A stretch of 62,924 nucleotides of DNA, counting the filler, from Choristocarpus tenellus KU-1152 (taxonomy: Eukaryota; Protista; Phaeophyceae): assembly GCA_964200185.2 (NCBI GenBank). It is 9 parts of 9 records of this genome, joined end to end, with 100 filler letters (N's around TTAATTAATTAA, not from the genome) between each part and the next. Parts side by side here need not be neighbours in the genome. Positions count along the whole stretch, not along the records: positions 1 to 3,047 come from CAXNAD020022716.1; positions 3,148 to 6,686 come from CAXNAD020019380.1; positions 6,787 to 12,626 come from CAXNAD020009631.1; positions 12,727 to 15,964 come from CAXNAD020021337.1; 5 more parts are not named here. The stretch is one strand, 5' to 3'. Below, in pieces: positions 1 through 12,894 of the stretch. Numbering within the stretch: the first letter of the stretch is position 1; each line of letters begins with the position of its first letter. Both the position numbers and the translations under genes were made by a program. The notes under the pieces are model-generated. The model was not told the DNA's origin. It ran no database searches and saw nothing but the letters and a program-made list of their open reading frames with translations.

Positions 1-2864
1 GATTTGTGGGATTTTTTAATGCCCCTTTTCCTGTTTTTGACCCAAATTGACCCCCTGGTGTAGCCCCCCCCCCCCCCCCTCCCCCCCCAGAAACTTTGGG
101 TCTCACTACCCTTACGTAATCCACCACAATGCCCTCCTCTATTAATTCCATGTCTTCCTCCCTTGCAACTGTTGCTATTCACAGGGATTTTCCTTTGAAT
201 TATTCAGGGTAACGCTAACATTGGCTAAGTTAGGTTATACTGAACTCACACAGGGCCCATAAACCTCCTTTCGGAATGTTACCAACAACAGCAGGTCAGT
301 TGGTGGTGAGAATACGAACACACTTTGTGTAGTGGGGGACCCGAGGTTGAGGAAAAAAGAGTTCGAAAAACGGATGCGTAACACCACTGCCTTGGTAAAC
401 ATGGCACGTACTGCTTTGGGACACAAACGCAGTAGCAAGGACAGTAAAGTCCCAAGCCAAGGCATGAGGCAAGAAAAGGAAATACTGAGACAAGGGGCAA
501 CAGTGAGTGCCAACAAAGCAACAGCCTTGGAAGGACTACTGGGACACCAACTACTTTCTGATCTGCTTGCCAGGTGAGAAGGCTGGCTTCCAGCAAAGAC
601 AATGAACCAGAGAAACTCGGGTCATACTCCACAACAGTTGAGCCAAGGCCTCGCTATGTTCTACTTTTACTAACTAGTTTAATGTCCTGAAGTTCAGGGC
701 TAAGTACAACTACAAGCATACCTCAACATACAGGGGATCCTCCTTTCCAACAACTCGAAACCGTCTTCACCCATGTGTGCCTGCTATCTGACTGGCCAAC
801 AGGCAAGTGTTTCGTATTTTATCTTTTCTCATCCCCCTTGTCCACACAAGTTGTCATCCATTTATTCACCTACTGACCCTTCACTCTTCCATCCCCCTCC
901 TTGAATATCACAACCAGGTCTCCTCACCGATAGTTCTCTGCACCATACACGTTGAAGTAGGTTTCATGTCTCGCGGACATTGAATCCTTTTCCAAGGGAA
1001 GGTTCATATACTGCCCCAGCCCAGGGTATTGGATACATGAACAAAGAGTGGGACCTATGCTTGGATAGAGCCCATCACCCCTTCAATCTATCTTAATCTA
1101 CTACTAGTTGTAGATATGGGTGGAAATAAGTGCCCCTTCATGTCCAGGGAACACCAGTAATTTATGTACACACTGTGTCTCTTCTCGTCTCAAGCATGAT
1201 CTCTCCTAACAGGTCTGCAATAAGGTGTGCATCGGTGACCATTCACAGTCTTTCCACCTGAGATGCCAAACGTTAGATGCACAATAAGTTCCCAAATGGG
1301 CAAGAGATGCTGACATTTCCTCTCCCTTTCAGTTTCTTCATCGCTCGTTTCCCTATGTACCTTTGAGTATTATTATGGTTGAGGAAGCATACTTGCAAAC
1401 ACAATGGATACAACCGGCTTGATGCAATATATGGGACATTCCGTTTATTTCTGTTCTTTCCTTCTTGGCATGATTCTGTACCGTTTAGCAACATGTGCGA
1501 AGCTACCCAACTGGCCCCCAAAGGAAGGGGGTTACCAATTGAATCAGATAATGCAGTGCAACAACTACAATGCCTACTACTTGAGGTAGAAGTATACTTT
1601 TTAGAGCTGTGCGCATCAATCGACTTTCGAGAGGAAGTTCGAAAACAACAATATAAAGGCATAGTACGATGGTTGCTGACTTGACTTGCAGTCAGAAGTG
1701 GATGAGGAATCAATTCTTTTGTGAGTGGTGTTTCTTGAATTGTATTCTTCCCTCGCACCATCTTTTTGCAAAGAAGTGTGGCATTGACCCCTCAGAGGAC
1801 ACAAGTGTAGATGATTTGAAATCATAGTGCAGTTTTCCTCTCTTCCAAGCGTGTTCTTATCAACTTCGAGTGGTGGGTAGATGGCAATACTGCTACTCAC
1901 TTTCATTATTAAGTAAGGATATAAAACAAATATTTGCACAGGTTTCTATTTTGTACTGTGAACATGTGGGGGGGTATGTAGAAAAGAGCTCAATTTATAG
2001 TTTTTCATTTTTTGAGTTTAATGGATAGACTACAACCAGCAGGCAGCATGAACTGGTCCTTTAGGATTTTAGTGGGCTACTATCTTGATCTATGCCTCGG
2101 GTGACATCCAGAATTCTTGGAGGCAACCCAGGTCGAAGTTCGTGACCACTAGGGGAAAGTTCAACCTAATTAGGTTGGAGGAGGGGTCAGCTTCCCTGAT
2201 TGCGCATTCTGGGGTCCTCTTCGTGGGACCCTCACAGCCTTCCAATCTTCCTGTTTACTCCATCCTTTGGAAACCAATGAGGTTTCGTGAAAGCAAACAC
2301 AGAAAAGCTGCGGTTGAGCGGAGTGGCCAGTGAGGGCCACAAAATAGGGAGTCAGAGGGTGCAGACAACTCACACCATGTACTTGCTTGAATGATGGCAT
2401 GTGTACCTTGCTATCTAGAGGTAAACCACAAAATGGGACACACAGAAGGATCCGGATTGTGGTGACGAAGATTCATTGCGGATAGAGAGAGTACGCTCTA
2501 GATTCGAGGGAGGAGGTGAAGGGAGGGTTGGTGGGAGTCCTGAACCCAAAATTTGAGAAAAAATCAATGGACGCAAGGGTCAACGTAATTTGTGGTTGTG
2601 CAGCTGGTAGTTGGTAGGGTAGAAGAAATAGTGTAGCGAGAATTTGACAAGAGTTGAAAGGGTTTAGTAAGGTGGAAGAAACGGAAAAGTTCGACTAAGA
2701 ATGAGAAAATAATTATACCACACTAAGCTTGGGAATCACCTCCATACAATGATTCTTGATGCCCCCCCACTTTGTTTTGCTCATGAATTCTGGATTATTA
2801 TGATTTTATTATACTTTTGTGTTCCTCCCTATTCCCTTTTCTCCCCACATTCTAACAACCCTTG

Positions 2865-3047
2865 TGACCAACCAGGGTGACCTGTTCGCCACTGATTTTC
2901 AGCCACCGCCCACCTCTGATGACCAACCAGAGCGAACCCCCCTTCGCCCCTGATTTCCAGTCACCCCCACATCTGATGACCAACCAGGGCGAACCCCCTT
3001 CGCCACTGATTTCCAGTCACCCCCCCTATCCGATGACCAACCAGTGC
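2865..3047. repeat. Tandem repeat, ~56-57-bp unit, >3 copies, truncated by gap
   Basis: Unit TGACCAACCAGGGCGAACCCCCTTCGCCMCTGATTTCCAGTCACCCCC..TCYGA recurs at ~2865, 2920, 2977 and 3033. Confidence 0.9.
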
Positions 3048-3147
3048 NNNNNNNNNNNNNNNNNNNNNNNNNNNNNNNNNNNNNNNNNNNNTTAATTAAT
3101 TAANNNNNNNNNNNNNNNNNNNNNNNNNNNNNNNNNNNNNNNNNNNN
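3048..3147. other. Artificial 100-bp scaffold gap with six-frame stop linker (also 6687-6786, 12627-12726, 15965-16064, 23882-23981, 26890-26989, 32951-33050, 56259-56358)
   Basis: The same N44-TTAATTAATTAA-N44 string occurs eight times. Confidence 0.98.
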
Positions 3148-3333
3148 ATAACCCAAAAATTGCGACGTGAAAAAATTGACCCCAAATGGACAGCCGCCAC
3201 CCCCTCCCAGATACTTTGAGTCTCCACTTCCATCAATTTTCCCCTTCAGATTGATATCAAGGAATTGCAGCCAAGGTGGACAAAACGTATGGTCATTTCA
3301 ATGTTTGGTATGTCATACAGCCGAAGGGAAATG

Positions 3334-6300
3334 TGTGCAAAATTAGACAATGGGAAGGGTTACCATAATTTGTGTATGTGGATTATGTAATTGGATTAAG
3401 TTCATGGGATGTAACTAATGATATGATACGTCTGGATTTTGTATGGAGGTTGGTATTGCAATTGAACTACTAATACATGGCCATTCACTTGCATAATAGA
3501 AACAAATAATTATTGAGATTGAAACAGTAGAGGAGACCTCGCAAGGTCACTATTCTAATTTCATCCATTCATTCTTTTGACATTCAGCAAAAGGGGTCGT
3601 GTGAGGCTCCACACCTTCTGGTCTTGACTGCTGATTATATAGCAATACTTCCAAGGTTATTTGCACAGGTTATGAGCCTTGGTAGTATGTAGACTAATCT
3701 GAAGAATCTTGCTGTCTGGACGGGAGCCACATGAAGGTCATTGGAGACCTGGTGCACTTGGAAACTGTTGTTGATAGGCCGCCCTGGGAGAAAGGGATTG
3801 TACAAGATCACCACAAGGAACTATGAGATTCCTGAAACTCCCACGATCACCTAGGGAGAGGCAGTGTGCATGGCACATGCCATATACATCACCAACAACA
3901 AGGCGTTATGGTTCCTGCTTATCCAAGCGACAAAGGGGTTTGCATTAGCAATCGTTGCAAGATACGAAAACGGGGGTTAGACGGACGGCAGAGAAACATG
4001 ATTAGAGTTAGAGAGAGTCTATGAAGCTCATTACCCTGGAGGTGAGACTTTGAGAACTACGGTACATGGCGTCACAGGATAGCACTGATTCCAAATTAAA
4101 CTCGAGCGGCTATTTGCCAACTTTGAGGAACTCAAGGAGCCAAAATCGGAAAACATGAAGAGGACATCTATACTTCTTGGCATGAAGGAGGCCATGCCAC
4201 ATGTGTTCGCGCAATTAATAACGCGTCCTGACATCAGCTACGAGGAGCTCAAACCGGCAATCATCTCTTCAATGACTTACCTTTGCTCAGACCAAGATGG
4301 GCATGATCGGGTATAAGCAATGCATGGCACTGTGAGGAGCGGCCATGCTGGGAAGTCCAGGGGATCAGCTGGAAGCTGACCCAAACCAAACCTATGTGAG
4401 TACTGCTTGAGGATGAACCATCAATGGCGGAGGTGCTACTCATACTTGGAAAGCCACCTGCAAAACGCCCGCCTGGGATGGTGCCTTCCAGAACATTTCC
4501 ACCACCTCCACCTGGTGGGAGTAGTAACCACGGTCATACACCGAGCAACAGGATCAACAGGAATCAAACGTGCTCCTTCTCCACCTTCAAGGTGACAGTA
4601 GACAAGGAGGTTAACGAAAGTGTGGTACTCAACTCCTCCAGTGGAAGGCATGTCGAGATATTGTGCGACTCCGGAGCAAACGCCCATCTTACACCTTATC
4701 ACAAAGACCCGGTAAACACTCGGGTCACCAAACAGACATGCACCTTCGGTAACAACAGGAAACTGGAAGCGAAGGAAACTGGGCGTTTGGTTTTAATGGT
4801 GACACACAAGAATGGCAAGCCAACAAGGGTGGTTCTGAAGGATGTTCTATGGATGCCAGATCTATTATGCCGCATACTGAGCACCGGAACCATATGATGC
4901 ACAATGGAGGAGAATTTATGGACTTAGGAAATTTATCTGAAGACCTTCAAGATTTCGCCTAAGATAAAGAGCCGAAGTATCTTTAGAGGGTAGAGCCGAG
5001 TCCATTTGGGGGTCAATATCCAATGTTGCGATATGATGTAATTTTTGCTATCATGTTTGTTAGGAAGTGTCAATATCCATGTTCCGGATACACCTTTTCA
5101 TTACATACACATTTTGCCCACTCCTAAAACTTTTGGAGTAGGTTAATGTCACAAAAAACCCCATGGGAAGTCAAGTCTCAAATGGACAAACAGGGAAAAA
5201 CTTGTTCCCTCTAAGATACTTTCACTCAAGGTCAAGCTGGTGGCATGGGGCTTTTCCCAGTAAGAAGGAGTAGACTACTTCAGCACATCAAGTCCAGTGG
5301 TGGGATTTGGTGGGATTCGGGCAGTCCTAGCTACAGCAGCCAACAGAAACTGGGTCATCAATTCCCTAGACTTCACTAAAGCCTACCTGAACACACCACT
5401 CCCTGAGGATGTATGGCTACAACTACCCAAAGGATCCATCGTGAAAGCTGCCGAGGACCATCTCTGGCTTTAAGCAATCAGATGGAGTGGCACAGGGAGC
5501 TTAAGGGTACGGTAATAGATGAGGGGTGGAGTGTCAGCGATTTTGATGCCTGCCTATTTATGAAGAGGAGTGAGGATGGTGGGATCAATGTCCTCTTCCA
5601 CTATGTGGACGACACTTCATTGACTGGGGACTTTGACAAAGAAATCAAGCGGATGAAGAACAGTCTACTGGCCAAGTACGAGGGCTGGGACCTCGGGAAC
5701 TCAGACAAATTCGTCAGGGTGGCCATTAACAGGGACGAGGCTGGCATCACACTGGACCAGCGTTTCGACTTGTTTGTGAGGGAATGGGATCGATAGAAGT
5801 ACGGAGAATATCATCACCCTTGAACCTGGGAATGGACCTGACCCTAAGGAGAAGACGAGGAGGAGCTGGACCAGAGGTAAATACCGTACCGTATCATTTT
5901 GGGGAAACTTATGTTCCTAGCTGGCATGACACAACCAGACCTAACACTGTGCGGGAGCTGGGAAGATACGCAGCATCTCCATGCAATCGACCCTAGAAAG
6001 GCCTGCAACATGTTCTACGATACCTAGCAGGCATCATAAATGTAGGACAATAGTGAGGTGTACCCTATTTTGCGTATGTGATTTTATTGCGTTGGGTTGA
6101 GTTGATGTGATGAAACTAATGAGATAGTACCGGATTTTGCATGGAGTTTGGTATTGTAATTGAACTACCAGTACACAGCTGTTCACTTAATATGAGACAC
6201 ATATGACAATATAGAAACAAACAATAGAAGACACCCTACAACGTCACTCTTCAAAGTTCATCCATCCGTTCCTTTTACAATCAGCAAAGGGGATCGTTTG

Positions 6301-6364
6301 AGGCTCCACATCTTCTTGTCTTCACTACTGATTAAATAGCAATACTTCCAAGGTTAATTGCACA
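3334..6364 (+). mobile_element. Degenerate, internally deleted Ty1/copia LTR retrotransposon
   Basis: 5' LTR 3334-3667 (TGTGCAAA...TTGCACA). PBS GGTTATGAGCC 3668-3678. Gag zinc knuckle CEYCLRMNHQWRRC at ~4395-4437. Protease ILCDSGANAH at ~4660. RT motifs KVKLVAWGFSQ, LDFTKAYLN and FHYVDD at ~5228-5610, and HVLRYLAG at ~6010. 3' LTR ~6041-6364. Identical 5-bp TSD AAATG at 3329-3333 and 6365-6369. Multiple stops and frameshifts; integrase and RNase H are not seen. Confidence 0.92.
4969..5227 (+). mobile_element. MITE family A copy (~260 bp), nested in the copia element
   Basis: TIRs GAGCCGAAGTATCT(T)TAGAGGGTA / CCCTCTAAGATACTTTCACTC; internal sequence shared with 10 other copies. Confidence 0.92.
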
Positions 6365-8092
6365 AAATGGTTCGCCAACAACAGCATTGAACCTTGCCTC
6401 CTACTTCCGGTAAAAATGTGTGGGGAAGAGATGAGATACTTTCTACATTCATATCTACACTTTTAATCCTACTGCACCAGCCGCTATCCCATCTCTCCTC
6501 TTCATGCTAGGTTAGTACTACAATATGACATGTCTTGCCTCATGATGGATAGTTGACTCTGCAGAACTGCATTTTCCTTCGTAGCTGAAGGGTCAAAGTA
6601 TCTGGGGGGGGTGGGGGTGGTTTGTAAGGGGGCGTCCGTTTCGATCAAACAACTTTTTTTTTGTTGACATTTTAAATCCGACACGTNNNNNNNNNNNNNN
6701 NNNNNNNNNNNNNNNNNNNNNNNNNNNNNNTTAATTAATTAANNNNNNNNNNNNNNNNNNNNNNNNNNNNNNNNNNNNNNNNNNNNGTGCCCCCAGCCAA
6801 CCAGAATTCTCCCGCCCACAAAACTCAGTTTACTTCATAAACTCTCACTTTACAAAAAAAACTTGACACATCTTCAATATGTTTGAGGGCATTACAATAT
6901 ACATAATACTACTGTCTTGCAGTATGTACGCATGAATAATAGATATCACTCACAATTTATTTATTAAGTACGTAAAAATAATGTCCGTATGTGTCAAAAG
7001 ATGACCATGTATTTGCTGATAATATGTCCCGACCTCATCTCTTCATACACAAATCTTGTGATATATAGGAAACAACAAAATGTACACGAACCTTCCACTT
7101 TAATTCAATAGGATCCAAAATTGCGTACAAAACTTAATTTTCTTGTGATTTAAGGCAACTGATCGTGTACAAACCTTAGTAGCTACTCCTGTAACTACAC
7201 ACAATAACACCTAGTTCCCTTGTTCTATGATAGTCTAATTATCACAGTATTTTAAAAACGGACACGTTGTGGAAACCCCACTGAACTGGGGTGATACGGT
7301 GTCTCTAGTGTTAGGGTCACCCATAACTTTTTTAAGTTAATAAAATTTACCAGTATACTGGTCCTCAGTCCTCACATATCGCATATAATTACCCCTTGTG
7401 AAAAATGCCAAATATTTGTTTGTACGACTCATCCTCTGCAAAAAGGCATAACTCTGCGAAACGTGTATAAATATATGTCGTACCACTCTCCTATGCACAA
7501 TATGTATACAAATATTTGTCCCTACCACTCCCCTATCTGCAAAACATGTACGAATGGTTCGCTGGTATGAATATGTAGAGTTGAATCCCTCCACAAGGAT
7601 GTGTGCTTACGAGCACAAAGTTGTACAAATCACATTCTGTTGATTTGTCGACACCTCATCATCAGGTTCTCGGAAGATTTGTCCCACACCACTCTGAAAA
7701 ATATGAACTGGTACAAATGCTTGGGATCTACAAATCAAATAATCAACTCCTAAATCTTCGACTTGTGAGGATGTGCCCCAATGTGCATAACTCAGACTTG
7801 TGACAGGAGCAGCCATTGATCGGAAATTGAATGGTTTGCCATAAATTGGATTTGATTTGTCGGACAGGTAAATCCTTCAACTTTGTTTTCCTCACTAACT
7901 CCTTCATCCCATATCTATTGGTTAAAAAAAAATTGGAGAGTTATATCCAGCTCTTTGCCAAGTCCAGGATAGGATGCAGGTATGCGTTCACATGGATGTG
8001 GAGACTTTACGGATTAGTTCGAGGTCAAACATGTGTTTTTCATTATGTGGTTCGTGCTAAGAGGTTGTCTTCAGACTTATTAGGGTGTTTAG

Positions 8093-8651
8093 TGTAGTAC
8101 AGTGCATGCACCAGAATATAATGAGATTCTTGTGATATGGCACATTCCAGAAAGGAACATTTCTAGATCTCCGAAGAATGTTCACTGTTTCTAGAGTTCA
8201 ATACTACAGATATCTAGAATTTTGGAATGGTTCTAGATTCCTCTAGTATAGGGTTGTTCTTGACGTCTACATGTGGATATGAAGGAGCCTCACATGCTCA
8301 CCTCCAATCTCAACCTGACTTAGAGTTCTACTTGGAGGGACTGTTTCTGGTGTGGTTAAAAAGCAAAGGCTAAACGAATCAATTCATACATAACACACTA
8401 AACATCTTGAACTTCTAGGGCCGTGTAAGACTCAAGAGTCAAAGAAGGAAGCCGCATCAGTGAACAACACTGGGCTATTTTGAACACCCATCCTCTTGAG
8501 TATCTTCATTGCAGTGGTAAGTGTAGCAGTTAAGGAGCTCACCTCAAACCCAGTCAGGTCCTAGGGCCTTGCTGTCATCAAGAGAGAACACAATGGACTT
8601 GTTTTGCTAGGGTGTTACCGATATTTGTGAAGACTTGATATTTGTATTACA
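8093..8651. mobile_element. Probable solo LTR (family unrelated to the copia LTR)
   Basis: Ends TGTAGTAC...GTATTACA (7/8 inverted match, TG..CA). Flanks TTAG/GTAG are a near-TSD. Internal TTCTAGA/CTAGAA short repeats. No second copy in the window. Confidence 0.45.
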
Positions 8652-8974
8652 GTAGTAGTTGGGATGGTCAGAGCATTGCACATTACAATAGTTATCATAA
8701 TATCTACTGGGTAACTGTTGAACTACGATTCATTGTACTGTATCCGTTTTTGTCTTCCTTCTCACACACATTCAGTTCAGCACTCATCCCTTGTTGCTCC
8801 TCCTCCCTCAAATCTTCTGCTCGACCTGATGTGAAGTTTCCACGTTCATTTTGGTCCGGCATTTTGTCTTGTAATGCAGATAAGATCTTAATAATTGTAC
8901 ATAGAGATGTGTACAACAATCTGTTGGACTTGCCACATGGAACGGCATTATCGAAAACAAATTTCTGTGAAGAG

Positions 8975-9050
8975 AAATCTGACGTTGACGGGGTTCGAAC
9001 CCTCGAACTTCTTGCAGATAGGTGTGGCCTTAACCACTCACTCAACAAAA
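8975..9050 (-). repeat. tRNA-derived remnant (SINE head or tRNA pseudogene)
   Basis: Minus strand has A-box-like TGAGTGAGTGGTTAAGG and B box GGTTCGAACCC; no intact cloverleaf. Confidence 0.5.
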
Positions 9051-9573
9051 TAACCCATATATTGTAAGGAACAGTACACCGCGAGCTCGCGTATCATGTG
9101 GAGGACGCATATACTTTCAGCGCGCGCAGCATCCTGTCTACCAAGAAACATGCGCGTCAGCCCAAAGTTTGTACAAAGCTCACCATTACTTCCCAACCTA
9201 GACCCCTCACACCTGCACCGTCCGAGATAGCAGGTAAGAACTAACCAGCTACGGTGCTGAATGTTTTTGGTTTGGTTCTTTCAATGCCATAAGCTTGGAA
9301 GGTCATGCCTTTTTGAACATCTCGACAGCACTTACCTACCTCATCATGTGTCATCGTCTCATTTTCGATCTCGAGCACTACTGTAGGCATTGTTCATCGG
9401 GTTTGTTTTCAACTATCGTTGGCTTGATGGTAATATTTAGTCTGAGATTCCAAGGTCCTCTTGAAATCACAGCTATGAGTAATCAACTGACGGTTATTTC
9501 GGGTGATACAGACATCGTTATTGGGCCTCTTCTCCTTTTTTCGTGATCCATGGCCCCCATTTTTGTCTACAGC

Positions 9574-11858
9574 ATGATGAAGACTACAGCACTGACATTG
9601 TTGGCGGTGATCTGTTCTGCAAATGCTTTCGTGGGTCCATCAAGGTAGGATTTGAAATTGCATCTCAACATTTTGTCTGTTTCAAGTCGAGTAAACACTA
9701 GATCGTATAGATAAAATCGGTGTCTCCATTAATTTCATTGCTCGGTCTGGGAAGTCCTCGGTCTGGGAACAGGGAAAGGTGTATCGATCTGCTTCTGCAT
9801 GAGAGTAAACCGAGGATTGGTTTTTACTTTTTGTTTCAGTGCAATCGTGATTCAGTGCCCCTTTCTATAGTCTCGTCAAGCCCCAAGTTTCAGTCCTTGG
9901 TTTTGGTAGGAAAATATGATCTCGCTTTCATGGGTTGATACGCCCCATACTTCTACCTAGAATACTGTATTGGGGTGGAGATACTTGGGCCGAGAGGTAA
10001 ATTTGTCAGGTTTTGGACTTCCCCCTACGGTTGTTCCCCCCCCTCCATTCCTGTAGCTTCGCTAGACATGCAGTGACGGGGCGTTCAGTGAGTCGGTCAT
10101 CGGCATCCACCTCGCCTTTGAAGATGGACCTCTTGGACGGCATGGATGACATAGAGAAGAGCGTGGTTACACCAGGGGGAGGATTCTGGTTTGGGGCAAA
10201 CGGTTTCTGGGGGGAGGAGGACTACAGGGGATTTGTCGACTCATACAAGTCACAGAACCTTATCAACGTAAGTCTCTGCTGGAACCAGCCACATTCTATG
10301 ACTGAGTGTAGTCCCTACAAGCTGGGGTAGTGCGAGTAGTCATGAGATATGAGGCATTAGGGGGTGGGCCACAGGACATAATTTTTGTCCAACCCAAAGC
10401 AAACTGTGTTGTTCCTGAATGACATTTGCAGGGTACAGAATATTTCGTTCATTGTTTAAGAGGTCTAGCTGCTGTATTGCAAAGAAGACCATGTTCAAGG
10501 ATTGGAAGTGCCACCTCATGGCAGTAGCTATGCAATTTGACCATTTGGATGCCGTGGTTTCAAATCTCGTCCTGTGGTTGATATATTGCTGATTTGATAC
10601 TCTCCAGTTTGATTATAATGTAACCCTAACCCTATCTTCGAAGACAAAACAAAAAGATTGCCTGTTTTGTGTACGGCTGTGTATAGCTGTTCTGAGTTGA
10701 ATCAGGATCAAGGATTCAAATTAGTGAAGAAGAGAATTGGGCGATACCCCCTCCCCCAAATTACTCTTTGGTGAAAACAAATTCCCCACTCTGAATGCTA
10801 AGATGGCAAGGCCGTCAGGGAAGGTAATGAATAGCCCTCCCTTGAACATATATTTTTTGGGGATGAAGAATCAAGAGATGTGTTCTTTGACACTGCAACT
10901 CAAGGTATTGTCTGCATTGGTTGGTTGCTATATTGACCCATCACCAGGAAGGGGCTTTGTAACACCACATCCGCGCCACTGTGTTTATTTTATCTAGGGT
11001 TAGCTTGTTTCTATCATGCCCTTCCTTCCATGTAAATAATTGTACTGGAGCTGATCTGTCATACACACTGTTTTGAAAAGAAAAAAAAGTCACCCGTGAA
11101 GTAGACATTAAAAAAAAAAAAACGCCTATGTCTCGCTGGCCGCTCGTTTTGTGACTAAAATCGGAGGAGGTTCATGTGACCGATTTTCTTTGATTCCAAC
11201 ATGACATGCAGACCTCTTTTCTTTTTTTCAACTCAACTGTCATTATATATTTTTTCTACATATTGTGTCGTATTGTGTGTGTGTGTGTGTGTGTGTGTGT
11301 CATGTTGTTGTGCAGGGTGTCTACCCCATTGTGGAACGTGTGCGTTCCAAGAAACTTCTCACCACCACTTCAGAGGTGAGAAAAGCGGTCGAGGTTGGTG
11401 TCCTGCAACTTGGGCACAGGTTCACTTTTATGTAACAGGCGTGAAATTTCAAGGCATCGCACTTCGCTGAACAGTCGAGCACTGGTTGGTATGTCTTCAC
11501 CCTTGTGTTCAAACATAAGAATCAATCCCGAGGGAGGTGAAGGCGGTGTTTGTCTGTTGACTGATGTCGGCAGCATCTGACGACGAGCTTCTTTTTGTGT
11601 TACTCAGCAGTTCCAATTGACAGTGTTACTTGCTCATTTGCAACCATGGAGCAAAGTAACAGGTAGCTGGGGGTATTTCCCGCACTTGTCTTCTCAAAGC
11701 GCTGCTTGCAGCCTGACCCGTTCTCCTGGGTGACCTGCCTCTCTCCCCCTACCCTTGTGTAACTCGTCTGTTGTTTCATTTGGAATAGGCTGGGCTTCTT
11801 TCTGCGCTCTCGGACGCTGGTCTTACCTTGTCCGAGATAGAGAAGGTCCTGCCCGCCT
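9574..11858 (+). CDS. Plastid-targeted DUF1118 (RIQ1/RIQ2-like thylakoid) protein, 3' exons missing
   Basis: In-phase GT-AG exons 9574-9644, 10057-10267, 11316-11375 and 11789-11858, plus a probable 5'UTR intron 9234-9572. Translation: MMKTTALTLLAVICSANA-FVGPSSFARHAVTGRSVSRSSAST (signal peptide, ASAF-type motif, Ser/Arg-rich transit peptide) ... GVYPIVERVRSKKLLTTTSEAGLLSALSDAGLTLSEIEKVLPA. This resembles the DUF1118 repeat (LLsxxExAGLLSxxExxGLtLSxIEK); family recognised from memory. Confidence 0.75.
11275..11300. repeat. (TG)n microsatellite just upstream of a splice acceptor
   Basis: Direct observation. Confidence 0.9.
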
Positions 11859-12726
11859 GTAAGTGCTCACTGTCATTTAATTGACTTTTGTGTTACTGTT
11901 CTTGATGTTTTAGTAGTGTTCACGAACACACGTATTTTATGTATATTGTATGTGTGTGTATGTATATATATATATATATATATTCTCTTGGAAGTCTATT
12001 TTTTTTCTATTTGATCATTGTAGATTTTTTTTAACATACGTACATACTTTTTTTTTAATAGGTATCTTAGTAGATAATTCCAAAGTGTTCGACTAAAGGC
12101 GGGGGTGTCAATCCTATCCCACTTAAACTACATTGATTACGTTGTAAATCATCACTTGACCGGCGTATCATTTCTTTGTAAACTCAAGATGCTTACAACA
12201 AAATTTTCTATGAGTATTGTTTAGTAAAATAACACTGGAAAAATAATCGTAAATTCAATGCTATACGTATAATATCTTTTACGGAGATACGTTATGGAAA
12301 TTTGTAAGTATATTTCATCTGAAGACTCTTGTGCCACCGCCTTTGCTTCACATGCAACACTTTTGTGCATACCTTTTGTTTTCTTTACATACATATCTAT
12401 GTTTCACGTAGTCATCCTAGGGTGCTCTAGCCCTCACCCCAACCCAACCTACAAGTACAGGCAACTCTGCCACCAGGAATATAGGTGACGTTAGTGTTAG
12501 AACGGTGTAGTAGTATGACATTGAAAATGCCCATGTGGGTATGACTTTGATTTAATTTGTACCTTGCAGTGTACCTCATACTGTCATTCCAACAAATAAC
12601 CCACCCCCACCCCCCCCCCCCCCCCCNNNNNNNNNNNNNNNNNNNNNNNNNNNNNNNNNNNNNNNNNNNNTTAATTAATTAANNNNNNNNNNNNNNNNNN
12701 NNNNNNNNNNNNNNNNNNNNNNNNNN

Positions 12727-12894
12727 AGGAAGTGTCAATATATATGTTTCGGACACACCTTTCATAACGTATACATTTTACCTAGCCCGAAACATTTTGG
12801 AGTCGGAAGATGTAAAAAAAAAACCCCATGGGAAGTCAAGCCCCACAAATGGACAAACAGGGAAAAAATTGTACCCTCCAAGATAGTTTCACTC
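12727..12894 (+). mobile_element. MITE family A, partial (cut by gap)
   Basis: Internal sequence and right TIR TACCCTCCAAGATAGTTTCACTC. Confidence 0.9.

Noticed and set aside
235-2400. Short ORFs and exon-like pieces in the first contig (including an ECAIREA Nudix-like string near 2200, minus strand)
   Set aside because: No consistent spliced reading frame or recognisable domain; stops interrupt the candidates.
3092-3103. TTAATTAATTAA palindrome repeated eight times at intervals
   Set aside because: Always centred in exactly 100-bp N gaps; it is an artificial six-frame stop linker, not biology.
7000-7830. AT-rich minus-strand ORFs as a possible endogenous virus fragment
   Set aside because: No recognisable viral motif; the ORFs are short and discontinuous.
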